A stretch of DNA of 64,000 bases from an uncultured Planctomycetaceae bacterium (GTDB lineage Bacteria; Planctomycetota; Planctomycetia; Isosphaerales; Isosphaeraceae), in NCBI GenBank assembly GCA_963833985.1, contig CAWIAD010000001.1, positions 672,001-736,000 of the forward strand. Reading direction: 5' to 3'. Below, piece after piece: positions 52,531 through 64,000 of this stretch (within the stretch, counting starts at the first letter, position 1; each line of letters starts with the position of its first letter). Under the pieces are notes generated by a model. The model did not search any database. It was not told where the DNA came from and saw only the letters and a program-made list of their open reading frames with translations. The position numbers and the translations under genes were made by a program.

Positions 52531-53394
52531 ATGAGCACCAAGGTCTACATCAGCGGGAAACTCTACGCCAAGCAGGACGCCAAGGTGAGCGTCTTCGATC
52601 ACGGACTGCTCTACGGCGACGGAGTGTTCGAGGGCATCCGGGCGTACTCCGGCAGGGTTTTCCGGCTCCAGCAGCACGTCGATCGGCTCTACGATTCGGC
52701 GGCGGCAATCTTCCTGCAAATTCCCATGGCCCGTGATGAGATGTCCCGGGCAATCGTGGACACGCTCAGCGCCAACTCCCTGTCCGACGCCTACATCCGG
52801 GTCATCATCACGCGCGGCGCGGGGGGATTGGGCCTCGACCCGAGGAAGACCACTGATCCCCAGGTGATCATCATCACCGACCAGATCAGCCTCTATCCCG
52901 AGGAGCTGTACGATCACGGTTTGAAGATCATCACGGCCGGCACGACGCGGAATCACCCCAACGCCCTGAACCCGCGAATCAAGTCGCTCAACTATCTGAA
53001 TAACATCATGGGCAAGATCGAGGCGACCAACTCCGGCTGCCTGGAAGCCCTCATGCTGAACACGAAGGGCGAGGTCGCCGAGTGCACCGGCGACAACATC
53101 TTCATCGTGAAACGCGGCGTGATCCACACGCCCTCGATCGATTCGGGCATCCTGGAAGGGATCACGCGGAACGCCGTGATCGAGCTGGCGCGGCTTGCCG
53201 GCCACACCGTGGTGGAACGCACGATGGACCGTCTTGACGTTTACACGGCCGACGAGTGTTTCTTGACCGGCACGGCGGCCGAGTTGATTCCGGTGGTGGA
53301 ATGCGATGGCCGGGTGCTGGGTTCGGGCCGGCCCGGATCGATCACCCGCGACCTCCGCCAGCGATTCGCTCGCCTGGTCCGTGAAGAGCGCTAG
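52531..53394 (+). CDS. ilvE: Branched-chain amino acid aminotransferase
   Basis: DHGLLYGDGVFEGIR, IKSLNYLNNI, ECTGDNIF, LEGITR, FLTGTAAE. Confidence 0.95.
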   Translation: MSTKVYISGKLYAKQDAKVSVFDHGLLYGDGVFEGIRAYSGRVFRLQQHVDRLYDSAAAIFLQIPMARDEMSRAIVDTLSANSLSDAYIRVIITRGAGGLGLDPRKTTDPQVIIITDQISLYPEELYDHGLKIITAGTTRNHPNALNPRIKSLNYLNNIMGKIEATNSGCLEALMLNTKGEVAECTGDNIFIVKRGVIHTPSIDSGILEGITRNAVIELARLAGHTVVERTMDRLDVYTADECFLTGTAAELIPVVECDGRVLGSGRPGSITRDLRQRFARLVREER

Positions 53395-53422
53395 CGGCTG
53401 CTTGCCTGAGGAGATCCCTCGC

Positions 53423-53900
53423 GTGATCGAGATCCAGCGGCTGCTCGCCCCGACCGACTTCAGCGCTCACTCGCAGCGGGCTGTCCGCTTCGCCTGCTCG
53501 CTGGCTCAGCGCCTCGGCGGCAGCTCCATCTCGTGAACGTCCTCTCCGAGATCATTCCCGCCGGGCCTGATCCGTTACTCATGCCGGTGATGCCCCCGCA
53601 GTTCTACAAGGAGAACGAGGACCGCGCCGGGACACACTCGAGACGTTCATCCAGCCGTCCTGGGGCACCCCCCGCAGCATTCTCACGGCCGTGCGCTGGG
53701 GAAGCCCTGTCGAGGCGATCGTCGATTACGCCCAGGAACAGCAGATCGACATGATCGTCATCGCCACGCACGGCCGCACGGGCCTCAGCCACGTCCTGCT
53801 TGGCTCGGTCGCCGAGCGGATTGTCCGGGAGGCGAACTGCCCGGTCCTCACCATCCGCGATCCCCGGCGGCCCGCGCCGGCCGGCAACCCAGGAGCATGA
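53423..53900 (+). CDS. Universal stress protein (apparent frameshifts)
   Basis: LLAPTDFS...; GSPVEAIVDYA...DMIVIATHGRTGLSHVLLGSVAERIVREANCPVLTIR, split over three frames. Confidence 0.85.
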
Positions 53901-54454
53901 CTCTGGTGGACCCGACCCCGTCCCAGCCCGTGCGGCGGATCGTGTTCCGGGGATCGAAGATCGATCTGGCCTTGCAGTCGGTGGTCCTCGCCGACGGCAG
54001 CCTGGCCGAGCGCGAGGTGGTCGTCCACCGCGGTGCCGTTGCCCTGGTGCCCCTGGTCGACCGGGATCACGTCTGCCTGGTGAAGAACCATCGCTACGCC
54101 GTGGGGGCGACTCTCCTCGAAGTGCCCGCCGGCACGATCGATGAGGGCGAGACGCCCGAGCAGACCGCGCACCGCGAGCTGGCCGAGGAGACCGGCTTTC
54201 GCGCAGGCGGCCTTACATATCTGCGCGACTGGTACGTCTCTCCCGGCGTCATGACCGAGCGGATGTACCTGTTCGTGTGCGAGCAGCTACAAGCTGGCCC
54301 CACCGACCACCAGCCGGACGAGAGGCTGGAGACGGTGATTCTTCCCTGGTACGATGCGCTCGCCATGGCGCACGACGGCCGGATCAAGGACGCCAAGTCC
54401 ATGCTCGCTCTGTTCCTCTGCGAGGCGTGGCTGCGAAGTGGCCGGGGCCGCTGA
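53897..54454 (+). CDS. Nudix hydrolase, ADP-ribose pyrophosphatase-like
   Basis: REVVVHRGAVA, LEVPAGTIDEGETPEQTAHRELAEETG, SPG, IKDAKS. Confidence 0.9.
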   Translation: MTLVDPTPSQPVRRIVFRGSKIDLALQSVVLADGSLAEREVVVHRGAVALVPLVDRDHVCLVKNHRYAVGATLLEVPAGTIDEGETPEQTAHRELAEETGFRAGGLTYLRDWYVSPGVMTERMYLFVCEQLQAGPTDHQPDERLETVILPWYDALAMAHDGRIKDAKSMLALFLCEAWLRSGRGR

Positions 54455-54526
54455 TCGAGCGCATCGAACTCTGCCGTGCCGACGGTTTTACTCGGAATCC
54501 ACACATCGAAGGGACATCGCTCAACC

Positions 54527-55282
54527 ATGAAAGCATTATGCATTGCAGCCGCCGTTGCGGTGTTTGTCGGGCTGGCGTCCGTTCCCGGACGAGGCGACGA
54601 TGCCCAGGTAAACCAGGTCCTCGACAAGGCCATCAAGGCCCTGGGGGGTGAGGAGAAGCTCAGCAAGGCAACCGCCCTTTCATGGAAGACCAAGGGCAAG
54701 CTGACGATCGAGGGCAACGAGAACGAGGTCAGCACCCAGTCCACCGTCGAGGGGCTCAACCACTACAACGCGGTCTTCGAGGGCGAGTTCAACGGCAACA
54801 AGTTCAAGGGCCTGGTCGTGCTCAACGGGGACAAGGGCTGGCGCAGGTTTGGCGAACAGAACATGGACATGGATGAAGATGCGGTCAAGAACGAGAAGCG
54901 CACCATCTACCTGAGCGTCGCTCCGGCGACGATCGTGCCGCTGAAGTCGAAAGACTTCAAGGTGACCGCTGCGCCGGACGAAAAAGTGGGCGACAAGCCG
55001 GCGGCGGTGCTCAAGGTCACGGGACCGGATGGCAAGGACTTCACCCTGTCCTTCGACAAGGAGAGCGGCCTGCCCGTTCGCATGGTCGCGAAGGTCGCCG
55101 GCTGGATGGGCGAAGAGTACGTGCAGGACACCACTTTCAGCGACTTCAAGGTCATGGACGGCATCATGAGGGCCACGAAGCTCTCCATGAAGCGCGACGG
55201 CGAGAAGTTCATGGAAGCCGAGATCACCGACTTCAAGGTCCTGGACAAGGTCCCCGCCGACACCTTCACCGAGCCGAAGTGA
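54527..55282 (+). CDS. Secreted hypothetical protein (LolA-like beta fold possible)
   Basis: Signal peptide; VLDKAIKALGGEEKL, LSFDKESGLP; strong codon bias. Confidence 0.75.
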   Translation: MKALCIAAAVAVFVGLASVPGRGDDAQVNQVLDKAIKALGGEEKLSKATALSWKTKGKLTIEGNENEVSTQSTVEGLNHYNAVFEGEFNGNKFKGLVVLNGDKGWRRFGEQNMDMDEDAVKNEKRTIYLSVAPATIVPLKSKDFKVTAAPDEKVGDKPAAVLKVTGPDGKDFTLSFDKESGLPVRMVAKVAGWMGEEYVQDTTFSDFKVMDGIMRATKLSMKRDGEKFMEAEITDFKVLDKVPADTFTEPK

Positions 55283-55307
55283 ACCGAACCGCGGATGCAC
55301 CGGCGGT

Positions 55308-56807
55308 TCACCCCAGGAGCGAGGTGAGCACGCGGCCCGCGACGTCGGTCAGGCGCTCGTCGCGGCCGCTGTGCAGGAACGTCAGCCGCTTGTGATCCAG
55401 GCCCATCAGGTGCAGGATCGTGGCGTGAATATCGTTGACGTGAGCCCGATCGGCGACGGCGTTGAGCCCGATCTCGTCGGTCGCGCCCACGACGGTTCCC
55501 CCCGCGACGCCACCGCCGGCCATCCACATGGTGAACCCCGTGGCGTTGTGGTCGCGGCCCCGGCCGCCTCCCTGGCGGACCGGCGTGCGGCCAAATTCGC
55601 CGCCCCAGACTACCAGGGTTTCCTCCAGAAGCCCCGTTCGCTTGAGGTCCGTCAAGAGAGCGGCCACGGGCTTGTCGGTCAGCCCGCACATCTTCTCGTG
55701 GTTGGCGTCAATGTCGTCATGGGCGTCCCACTGCATCGCCACCGGGCCACCGCCGGAGTAAAGCTGCACGAACCGCACGCCTCGCTCCACCAGGCGCCGG
55801 GCCAGCAAGCAGCGCGTGCCGAACTCGGCGGTCCGCGGGTCATCCAGCCCGTACATGGCCCTGGTCCGCACCGACTCGCTCGCGAGGTCCACCGCCTCGG
55901 GTGCTGCGCTCTGCATCCGGAAGGCCAGTTCGTAAGATGCGATCCGCGCGGAAAGCTCGGTGTCGCCCGGGTCCAGGTCCTGCTCGTTCATGGCACGGAC
56001 CAGGTCCAGGAGATGACGCTGGCGCGCCTGGGAGAACTCGTCCGGCGGACGGAGATTCACGATCGGCGCCGGTCCGCTGCGGAACAGGGTTCCCTGGTAA
56101 TGCGCGGGGAGGTAGCCCGCTGCCCAGCAGGGAGGCCCTCCTTCGGGCGTTCCTTCCGGCTGCGTCATGACCACGTAGGCAGGCAGGTTCTCCGCCTCGG
56201 ATCCCAGTCCATAGACCACCCAGCTTCCCACGCTGGGATGACCCATGAAGATTCGACCCGTCAGCATTTGATACATGGCCGGCGCGTGGATCACGCTGTC
56301 CGCCACGCACGACCGCACCAGCGCGATCTCATCGGCATGCTGGTGCAGGTGGGGAACCAGGTCGGACATCTCCAGTCCGGACTGGCCGTACTTGCCCCAC
56401 TTACGGTGCGAGCCCATGCACAGCGGGTTGCTCTCCAGGAACTGGCTATGAATCTTGCCGAAGCTGGGCGGCAGGGGCTGACCGTCGAGCCGGTTCAGCA
56501 CCGGCTTGGGATCGAACAGGTCGACCTGGCTGGGCCCGCCGGTCATGAACAGGAAAACGCAGCGCTTCGCCCTGGCGGCGAAATGGGCCGGCCTGGCCGC
56601 CAGCGGGTAAGCCGACAATGGCGTGACGCGATCGTTCGCCCTGGTCTGCTCCTGGAGCAAGGCCGAGAGCGCCACCAGGCCAAAGCCGTTGCCCGTGCGC
56701 GCCAGGAACTCGCGACGGTTGAGCGGGTTGATGGCCGGCGCGGTGGAGCAGGGCCCGGGGCAGTGTTGAGTGCGGCGCGGCTCACGGACTCGTCGCCTCT
56801 GGGTCAT
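55308..56807 (-). CDS. DUF1501 domain protein (Tat signal)
   Basis: [54 protein letters not shown]. Confidence 0.94.
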   Translation of the reverse strand: MTQRRRVREPRRTQHCPGPCSTAPAINPLNRREFLARTGNGFGLVALSALLQEQTRANDRVTPLSAYPLAARPAHFAARAKRCVFLFMTGGPSQVDLFDPKPVLNRLDGQPLPPSFGKIHSQFLESNPLCMGSHRKWGKYGQSGLEMSDLVPHLHQHADEIALVRSCVADSVIHAPAMYQMLTGRIFMGHPSVGSWVVYGLGSEAENLPAYVVMTQPEGTPEGGPPCWAAGYLPAHYQGTLFRSGPAPIVNLRPPDEFSQARQRHLLDLVRAMNEQDLDPGDTELSARIASYELAFRMQSAAPEAVDLASESVRTRAMYGLDDPRTAEFGTRCLLARRLVERGVRFVQLYSGGGPVAMQWDAHDDIDANHEKMCGLTDKPVAALLTDLKRTGLLEETLVVWGGEFGRTPVRQGGGRGRDHNATGFTMWMAGGGVAGGTVVGATDEIGLNAVADRAHVNDIHATILHLMGLDHKRLTFLHSGRDERLTDVAGRVLTSLLG

Positions 56808-56904
56808 CCTCGGCTCCTTCATCCGATCGGCTCGAGCGTGGGCGCCTTGCTGTCGACCGGGGATCCGACTGTTTCGGTGGCCATGGGCTCCCCTCGCCAA
56901 TCGA

Positions 56905-59256
56905 TCAGGGCACGTACAGGAATTCATTAGAATTGAGCATGGCCAGGGAAAAGTCCGCAAGGGCCTGCGCGCCGCGGGCCTTGACTGATTCGTCGAGGGC
57001 GCGATGGTCCGCGTCTGTCGCGCTGCCATGCTGCTGCTTCCGGATCAGCTCGCCCTGCGATGCGAGGAACGCTTCCGCGCGGGCAAGCTCGCCGGGTGCC
57101 GGCGCGCGGCAGAGGACGAGCTCGTACGCCCGACGGACCTGGTCAGCGGGGCCGCCAGGGGCTTCGCGGCGGATCCGGTCCGCCAGCGCACGAGCCAGGG
57201 ACAGGGCGAACTCGCTGTTCAGCAGGTTCAGTGCCTGGAGCGCGTGGGTGCTGTTTTCTCGACGGGGACAGGGGAACTGATTGTCCGGCGCATCGAATGA
57301 CTCGAGCAGTGGATAGCGGACGTTCCGCTTGCGGTACAGGTAAAGCGAGCGCCTCAGGTGCTCGCTCGGGTCGCGATCCACGGGCCAGATGTCCACGACC
57401 TCGGCCTCGGTGAAGATCAGATCCTCCACTTCCTTCTCCAGCGGGGCCAGCACGCCGGGCCCGCCCATTTTCAGGTTCAGCTTGCCCGAAACGGCGAGCA
57501 TCGCATCGCGGATCCCCTCGGCATCGAGCCGCCGCCGGTTCATCCTTCCCAGCAGCGTGTTGTCCGGATCGTGCTGCGTGAGCTGGGCAATCGGCTTGCT
57601 CGACTGGCGATAGGTGGCCGAGGTGACGATCAGCCGGTGGATGGGCTTGAGCCGCCAGCCGGAGGAGATGAGCTCCGAGGCCAGCCAGTCAAGCAGCTCG
57701 GGGTGCGTGGGCAGCTCGCCGCGCACGCCCAGGTCGCTGGACGTCGGCGCGATCCCCCGGCCGAGGTGGTATTGCCAGAGGCGATTGACGATCACCCGCG
57801 GAACCAGCGGGTTCGTGCCGCTGGTGAGCCACCGCGCCAGCGCCGCGCGCCGACCCGTCGCGGAAGCGGTCGGCACGATCCAGTCCGGGCGGAAGGCGTG
57901 CCCTGGCTGGCTGGCCAGGACGATGCCCAGCGGCCGCGGCTGCACTTTCGGCCCCTTGTTGTGATAATCTCCCCGCTTGAAGACAAAGGTCTCCGGAGCC
58001 GTCTTGCCGCGATCGACCAGCGCCATGGCGGCCGCGGGCGGGCGGGGGAGCGTACGCTCGAGCTCGGCGATCGCCCTCTTGAGCCGCTCGCGGTGCTCGT
58101 GGTCGGCAGGGACCGCGGCGACGGCCGCGGCAACCTCTTCCCAGGTGACCCGGAGTGACGATTCCAGGCCCTTGACCAGCCGCTTCTGGGCGGCGGACCG
58201 TGCCTTCTCGGGGATCGCCATCACCGCGCGTTCCTCGGCCGTGAGCAGGGCATGCTTCGTCTCTGCGAGCCGCTGACGATACGGTGCCTCGAGCTTGGCC
58301 AGCCGGGCCCGGAGCGGAGCGGTCTTTTCCTCGATGGCCTTTCTGGCCGATTCCACGGCCGCCTGCTCGGCCTGCGTGGCGATCGGCAGATCCACCAGCT
58401 CGGACGCGGCGAAGAACGACTGAAGGCGGTAGTAGTCGGCCGTCGGGATGGCGTCGAACTTGTGGTCGTGGCAGCGGGCGCAGGCGATCGTCAGACCCAG
58501 GAAGACCGAGCCGACAGTCCCGGTGATCTCGGTCAGCTCGCTTTGCCGGCGCACTTCGGGGATGATGTTGCCGGAGACGACCTCGCGCGGGCCGCAGCGA
58601 CCGAAACCGGTCGCGATCAGAGCCTCGTGGCTGCCCGGTTCGATCTCGTCGCCGGCGATCTGCAAGGAGACAAACCGGTCGTAGGGCAGGTCGGCATTGA
58701 GCGCCTTGACCACCCAGTCGCGATACCGCCAGGCATCGGGCCGCTCGGCGTCGAGCTCGAATCCGTTCGTGTCTGCGTAATGAGCGAGGTCCAGCCAGTG
58801 CTGCGCCCACCGCTCGCCGTAGTGAGGGCTGGCGAGGAGCCGGTCCACCGCCTCTTCGTAGGCGCCCGGCCGCCGGTCGGCCAGGAAGGCGGCGACCTCC
58901 TCGGGACGGGGCGGCAAACCGGTCAGGTCGAACGTCAGGCGGCGGATCAGGGCAACCCGATCCGCTTCGGGGGCATGGGGCAGCTCGGCGCTTTCCAGCT
59001 CCGCCAGGATGAACCGGTCGATGGGGTTCCTGACCCAGCCGAGCTGCCGGACCCGTGGCGGCTCGGGCCGTTTCAAGGGCTGGTAGGCCCAGTGTTCCCG
59101 TTGCTCGGCCGTGAAGGTCTCGATCCGGGCCTCGCCGACCCGGGGCAGACCCTTTCGGTCCGCGCTCTCCGCGGGTGGCTCGGCCTTCACCACGGTCACG
59201 ACACAGGCCAAGGCGGCCATCCAGATCGCGGGCCGAGTGCGGGCGGATCGCTGCAT
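56905..59256 (-). CDS. DUF1549/DUF1553 (PSCyt2/PSD1) planctomycete cytochrome-like protein
   Basis: [64 protein letters not shown]. Confidence 0.95.
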   Translation of the reverse strand: MQRSARTRPAIWMAALACVVTVVKAEPPAESADRKGLPRVGEARIETFTAEQREHWAYQPLKRPEPPRVRQLGWVRNPIDRFILAELESAELPHAPEADRVALIRRLTFDLTGLPPRPEEVAAFLADRRPGAYEEAVDRLLASPHYGERWAQHWLDLAHYADTNGFELDAERPDAWRYRDWVVKALNADLPYDRFVSLQIAGDEIEPGSHEALIATGFGRCGPREVVSGNIIPEVRRQSELTEITGTVGSVFLGLTIACARCHDHKFDAIPTADYYRLQSFFAASELVDLPIATQAEQAAVESARKAIEEKTAPLRARLAKLEAPYRQRLAETKHALLTAEERAVMAIPEKARSAAQKRLVKGLESSLRVTWEEVAAAVAAVPADHEHRERLKRAIAELERTLPRPPAAAMALVDRGKTAPETFVFKRGDYHNKGPKVQPRPLGIVLASQPGHAFRPDWIVPTASATGRRAALARWLTSGTNPLVPRVIVNRLWQYHLGRGIAPTSSDLGVRGELPTHPELLDWLASELISSGWRLKPIHRLIVTSATYRQSSKPIAQLTQHDPDNTLLGRMNRRRLDAEGIRDAMLAVSGKLNLKMGGPGVLAPLEKEVEDLIFTEAEVVDIWPVDRDPSEHLRRSLYLYRKRNVRYPLLESFDAPDNQFPCPRRENSTHALQALNLLNSEFALSLARALADRIRREAPGGPADQVRRAYELVLCRAPAPGELARAEAFLASQGELIRKQQHGSATDADHRALDESVKARGAQALADFSLAMLNSNEFLYVP

Positions 59257-59598
59257 GAAGCCACGTCCTCGGTCAGGTGAGCAGGGCGGGGTGGAGGTTC
59301 TCGGGCGTAGACGCACTTATTTTGCGGAAAGCCCCCGCTTTGGACAAGAGAAGCTCCCGCGCCACCTGATCCAACCGATTCACGGAAGAGGACGTCATGG
59401 CTTGCCAGGGCCTGCTCTGGCACGCAGGCAGAGCGAGCCCGGCAGCAGGGCAGAGCCTCGACAAGGAGAGGAAGAACCGATCAAAGATTTCCAGGAATCG
59501 ACTCGATGCCAGATTCCGGGAATAGAACATCACAACCGGGCGATCCTGAGATAGACTGGAGGAGAGAACGACGATTCTGTCAACGATTGGACAGAGCC

Positions 59599-59827
59599 AT
59601 GACGCGCTCGGGCGATGATGCTCACTGGCGTGATCTTGAATCCCGTGCTCATCTGCCCGAAGTGCAGGAGCTCATCCGCCGGGAGATCCAGAACGGGACC
59701 ATCCGGGTCCGCCCCAACCCCGACGGCAGCATTCGCATCGAGCCGATCGAGGATCCGGCTGCCGGCCCTCCTGAGAGATCGCCAGACGATGCGGTACGAG
59801 AGCAAGCGCGCGGCGGGCCTACTTTGA
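59599..59827 (+). CDS. Possible small hypothetical protein; end uncertain
   Basis: Protein-like stretch HLPEVQELIRREIQNGTIRVRPNPDGSIRIEPIE; as sequenced the frame runs on into the convergent gene. Confidence 0.3.
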
Positions 59828-59841
59828 TCGTTTTCTCCGGT

Positions 59842-60810
59842 TCAAGGCGTTCCCGCCTTGGGCTTCTTGGCGATGAAAATGAGCTGCGTTCCGTCCCGGG
59901 AACAGCAGGGCGAATTGCTCTGCTGGTACTCAGCGCCCAACTCCACGGGCTGCCACGGGTCATCAAGGGAGTAGCGAACCATCGCTTCTCGTCGATCGAT
60001 CGCTCCGTTACAGACCACGGACTTGCTGTCAGCGGTCCAGTTGGCCCGGAACCAACCAATCCCCACGCTCAAATCGCGCTGGGTCTGAAGATCGTGCACG
60101 CAGATCACCGGAGGCCGTTCGGGAAGGCACAAACAGAAGGAGATCTTCTTGCCGTCCGGTGACCAGCTCGGACAGTCTCCATCGACAATCTGGCGCCGGT
60201 CGGTTCCGTCCAGCCTGGAAACGAAGACCGTCGATCCGATTCGAGCACCGCCCGTCTCGCCTCCACCCACGGAGAAGACCACCTGCTTCCCATCTGGAGA
60301 CCAGTCCGGCCACCGGCCAACGCCGATCCTTCGTTCGTTGCTGCCGTCCCTGTTGATCACGAACATCCCATCTTCCCACTTCGGGTTGTTGACCTTCTCT
60401 CGAACGAAGAGCAACTGCTTGCCGTCGGGAGACCAGCGTGGCGTTGCTCCCATCGCCAGCCGCGTCAGGTCTCGACCGTCAGGGCGGGCAATCCAGGATT
60501 CGGCGACCGAATTGTTGAAACCCTGCTTGTATCCGTCAAAGGCGATCCACTTGCCGTCGCTCGAGAAGCACGGTGACCCGAGCTCGCTGAACCCGGGCAT
60601 TATGACCCAGCTTCCTTTCCTGGGTGAATCCAGAGCCTGAATCCGGATGGTATTGGGAGTGATCTCCAGTTCGGGTGGATCATCGGCCCTGGCATGGGGC
60701 GCCGGCTCCCGCGGCCGGCCGTCATTTTTCCCATCCTGCTGGGCGCGGCTGGCTTCCACGCCCAGGGAACAGAGTCCGACAGAGATCGCCACCGCGAGAG
60801 TGCATCGCAT
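59842..60810 (-). CDS. TolB-like PD40 beta-propeller protein
   Basis: Signal peptide; repeated PRWSPDGK, PDWSPDGK, PSWSPDGK. Confidence 0.9.
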   Translation of the reverse strand: MRCTLAVAISVGLCSLGVEASRAQQDGKNDGRPREPAPHARADDPPELEITPNTIRIQALDSPRKGSWVIMPGFSELGSPCFSSDGKWIAFDGYKQGFNNSVAESWIARPDGRDLTRLAMGATPRWSPDGKQLLFVREKVNNPKWEDGMFVINRDGSNERRIGVGRWPDWSPDGKQVVFSVGGGETGGARIGSTVFVSRLDGTDRRQIVDGDCPSWSPDGKKISFCLCLPERPPVICVHDLQTQRDLSVGIGWFRANWTADSKSVVCNGAIDRREAMVRYSLDDPWQPVELGAEYQQSNSPCCSRDGTQLIFIAKKPKAGTP

Positions 60811-61064
60811 GAGAGGGGCTCCAGGACGCCGACCGAACTGAAGTCAAATCGACAGGACACGATTATGCCGAGGTCATGAATCGACTGCAACAAAAAGAAA
60901 AATGCTCCGTACCGATCGGCCCCCGCTCGCCTGGGGGCATGGGCACTGGAAGGGCCTCGCGTTTCGCGTTGAGTCGGGTTCGGTTACCCCTTGCCTGAGT
61001 CTCTATGCTTGTTTTCGATGGAGGCAAGTCATTCGTGGGACGTTACTGACGACGGAGGTGCGCG

Positions 61065-61802
61065 ATGACACAGGAGGGAAGGGTGGCTCTGATCACGGGC
61101 ACTTCCCGGGGCATCGGCCGGGCCATCGCCGAGCGGCTCGCTCGCGACGGTATCGCCGTGGTCGTGAACTACGCCGGGAACGAGTCGGCCGCTCGGGACG
61201 CTGTAAACGCCATCGAAAAAAGTGGCGGCCGGGCGATTGCCGTGCAGGCGGATGTGGCGAATCGTGCCGACGTGCAGCGACTGTTCGAGGAAACCATCCA
61301 GAAGTTCGGCCGGCTCGATATCCTCGTCAACAATGCCGGGATCATGTTCAACAAGCCACTCGCCGATGTCGCCGAAGAGGAGTTCGACCGGATCTTCGCG
61401 GTGAACGTGAAGGGGACGTTCCTCGCCTGCCAGCAGGCCGCCCGACGCATGGCCGAAGGTGGACGGATCATCAATTTCTCCTCGTCCACGACCGCGATGA
61501 TGTTGCCCACCTACGGCGCATACGTGGCGACCAAAGGCGCCGTGGAGCAGATGTCGCACATCCTGGCCAAGGAGCTGGGGCCACGGGGCATCACGGTGAA
61601 CGTCGTCTCACCGGGCCCGACGGACACGGAGCTGTTCGGTCAAGGCAAGTCAGAGCAGGACAAGCAGCGTTTTGCCCAGCTTGCTGCGCTGGGGCGGCTC
61701 GGGCAGCCGCGCGACATCGCGGACGTCGTCGCGCTGCTGATCTGCGACGACGCGCGCTGGATCACCGGACAGAACTTGCGCGTCAACGGCGGGACCATCT
61801 GA
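61065..61802 (+). CDS. SDR family oxidoreductase
   Basis: TGTSRGIG, LVNNAG, YVATK, VSPGPTDT, WITGQ. Confidence 0.94.
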   Translation: MTQEGRVALITGTSRGIGRAIAERLARDGIAVVVNYAGNESAARDAVNAIEKSGGRAIAVQADVANRADVQRLFEETIQKFGRLDILVNNAGIMFNKPLADVAEEEFDRIFAVNVKGTFLACQQAARRMAEGGRIINFSSSTTAMMLPTYGAYVATKGAVEQMSHILAKELGPRGITVNVVSPGPTDTELFGQGKSEQDKQRFAQLAALGRLGQPRDIADVVALLICDDARWITGQNLRVNGGTI

Positions 61803-61927
61803 CCGCGGAGGCCGAGTGACCGGGCCTGGCGCAAGAGTGAAACACCCCTGATTGCTGACAACGCCCAGTCGCTGGCGGCGACCCCGTCCCTCCCATTCGA
61901 TTCCTTGATGCAGAGTGAGGACATCCC

Positions 61928-63078
61928 GTGGCCCGGATCGAGCTGAGCAAGGTCAGCAAGGCGTTCGCACCAGGGGCGCCCGTCGTCAACGACATCAGCC
62001 TGGACATCGCCGAGGGGGAGCGGCTGGTCGTGCTGGGGCCATCCGGATCTGGCAAGACAACGCTGCTGCGGCTGATTGCCGGGCTGGAAGCGCCCGACGC
62101 CGGAACGCTCAGGATCGGCGGCCGCGACATGGCCGGCGTTCCTCCCCATCGCCGCGACGTCGCCATGGTGTTCCAGAACCCCGCCCTCTATCCGCACCTG
62201 AACGTCCAGGAAAACCTGGCCTTCGGGCTGAGGGCGCGGGGCGTCGCACGATCGGAGCGCCGCAGCCGCGTGCGCGATGTCGCCGAGATGCTGGGTCTGG
62301 GCCGGCTGCTACGCGCCGGCCCGCGGGGCTCTCCGGCGGCGAGCGGCAGCGCGTGGCCCTGGGCCGCGCGGTCGTGCGGGCACCACGGGTCCTGCTGCTC
62401 GACGAGCCGTTCTCGAACCTGGATGATCCGCTCCGCGCTGCGCTCCGGGAAGAGTTGCTGGCTCTCCATCACCGCTTCGGTTCAACCCTCGTGCACGTGA
62501 CGCACGACCAGGGCGAGGCGCTCGGGCTGGGCCAGAGGATCGCCGTCGTCCACGAAGGAAAGCTGGTCCAGGTGGATACGCCCGAGGCGGTTTACGAACG
62601 CCCGGCACACAGGTTCGTGGCCTCATTCGTCGGCAGCCCGGGCATGAACCGGATCGGCTGCGTGGCCGTGTTCGAGGAGTCCGAAGTCCAGATCCGCATG
62701 CCGGGCGTGGACACCATCCGGCTGCCGCGATCCATCCACTTCCAGCGCCAGGACTTACCTCGTAATGTTCCGGTGATGCTAGAACTGGGAGTGAGAGCGG
62801 AATCCGTGAAGCTTGCGGGCGAGCACCGCGAACCGTCGCTGCCGCTTCCCGCCGTGGTGAAGCACGTGGAATTCCAAGGGGGGTCGTGGCTGGTCGTGTT
62901 GCTGGCGTTGCGGGCCAGCGCACAGACCCTCCACTCGCGCGCTCCGTCCGGGCGGGAATTGCGGGAAGGCGAGCAAATCGTCGTCCATCTCGAACTCGAT
63001 CGCGCGTCGTGGTTCGACCCTTCCTCCGGCGTGCGCGTGCCGCTGGATTGCCAGCCGCACACCGACGCGATAGCGTGA
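61928..63078 (+). CDS. MalK-like ABC transporter ATP-binding protein (frameshift near 62315)
   Basis: GPSGSGKTT, AMVFQN.ALYPHL, then other frame LSGGERQRVALGRA, LLDEPFSNLD, VTHDQ, FVGSPGMN. Confidence 0.9.
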
Positions 63079-63119
63079 ATATGGGCAACAATCCGCACCT
63101 GAGACATTGAACCATCACC

Positions 63120-64000
63120 ATGCGCGACGTCCTTCGAACTCTGATCGATTCGCTTCAGGCAGGCCGTGAGCTGGTGTTTTGCCAGGTCGTGGAGACCAAG
63201 GGCTCGACGCCCCAGAAGGCCGGCGCCCTCATGATCGTCGACCCGGCAGGGGGACAGATCGGCACGCTCGGCGGTGGTTGCGTGGAGAACGAGGTCAAGC
63301 AGTACGCCATCCGGCAGGTGGGTGCTGCGGGAACCAGCCTGCGATCCTTCGTACTCGACCACGACCAGGCCTGGGCCGACGGCCTGATCTGCGGGGGCAA
63401 GATGGTCGTGGCCATCGAGGCCCTGCGGGGCGCGGAGCCGCTGCCGTACTTCCGCACACTCCATCTGCTGCTGGAAGCAGGAGCAGGGTTCACCGAGGCG
63501 GTTGTCGTCAATCCCGAACGGGTCCAGGACGCTGGCGACGGTGCGAATCTCGCCACGGGACGCAGGTTCCTTTTTGGGCCCGAAGGTGCTTGCCAGGCAA
63601 GCTGGCCGCCAGGTCCGGTTCCGGCCGGCTTGGCCGCGTCTGTCCTGCCGCTTCAGGAACGTCCTCGGCCGGAGGTGCGCGGAGGAGTGGCCTGGATGAC
63701 CACGCTGCCGCGCATTCGACTGCTGATCGTCGGCGCCGGGCATGTGGGGCAGGCAGTGGCCCGGCTGGCGGCTGAGACCGACTTCGACGTCTGGGTGATC
63801 GACGACCGGACGCAGTACGCCAACCCTGAGCGGTTTCCCCGGGCGCAGGAGATCATTGTCGGGCCGATCGAGCAGGTGCTGTCAAAGCTTGAGGTCACAC
63901 CGCATACCTACGCGCTGATCGTCACGCGCGGCCACGGGCATGATCAGGAGGCGCTCTATCACCTGGCGGCGACCCCGGCACCCTATGTCGGGCTCATCGG
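63120..64000 (+). CDS. XdhC/CoxI family molybdenum cofactor insertion chaperone, 3'-truncated by window edge
   Basis: VVETKGSTPQKAGA, GTLGGGCVE, DGLICGG, LLIVGAGHVG, IDDR, VTRGHGHD; open to the window end. Confidence 0.9.
   Translation, partial: MRDVLRTLIDSLQAGRELVFCQVVETKGSTPQKAGALMIVDPAGGQIGTLGGGCVENEVKQYAIRQVGAAGTSLRSFVLDHDQAWADGLICGGKMVVAIEALRGAEPLPYFRTLHLLLEAGAGFTEAVVVNPERVQDAGDGANLATGRRFLFGPEGACQASWPPGPVPAGLAASVLPLQERPRPEVRGGVAWMTTLPRIRLLIVGAGHVGQAVARLAAETDFDVWVIDDRTQYANPERFPRAQEIIVGPIEQVLSKLEVTPHTYALIVTRGHGHDQEALYHLAATPAPYVGLI

Noticed and set aside
55371..56930. Long antisense ORFs (also 7949-9295, 35009-36880, 44663-45982, 46076-47332)
   Set aside because: Shadow frames of recognisable genes, expected in high-GC DNA

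Overview
High-GC bacterial chromosomal DNA, almost certainly from a planctomycete (Isosphaeraceae-like). The taxon is inferred from DUF1559, DUF1501, DUF1549/DUF1553, DUF1570-like, CRTAC1/ASPIC-UnbV, PVC-type CxxCH and 'LE.R.LL' signal-motif proteins. The left arm (1-9.7 kb) is housekeeping: fabI, a MutT-like Nudix gene, two clpP, tig, tRNA-Gly, FHA and XRE regulators, a P-II gene, csrA and tRNA-Pro. About 10-29 kb is a complete type I-G (I-U) CRISPR-Cas locus on the minus strand: WYL regulator, 69-aa ORF, cas3, csx17/cas8g, csb1/cas7, csb2, cas2, cas4-cas1, leader, and an array of 101 full 36-nt repeats. The right arm is ordinary planctomycete genes plus two copies of a ~110-bp MITE-like element. 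The main finding is a divergently oriented degenerate repeat-spacer-repeat unit (27714-27822) just upstream of the cas operon. The first 20 nt of its spacer match 17/20 (mismatches at 6, 10, 18) a TTA-PAM-flanked site at 27631-27650. That site lies between a sigma70-like promoter and the RBS of the 69-aa ORF preceding cas3. This is a candidate crRNA-like guide directing type I-G Cascade to repress its own operon or a small toxin/regulator gene (CreA/CreR-like logic). Many genes carry 1-2 nt indels, including likely essential ones, which most plausibly are long-read assembly errors. All calls were made by eye and no database searches were run.
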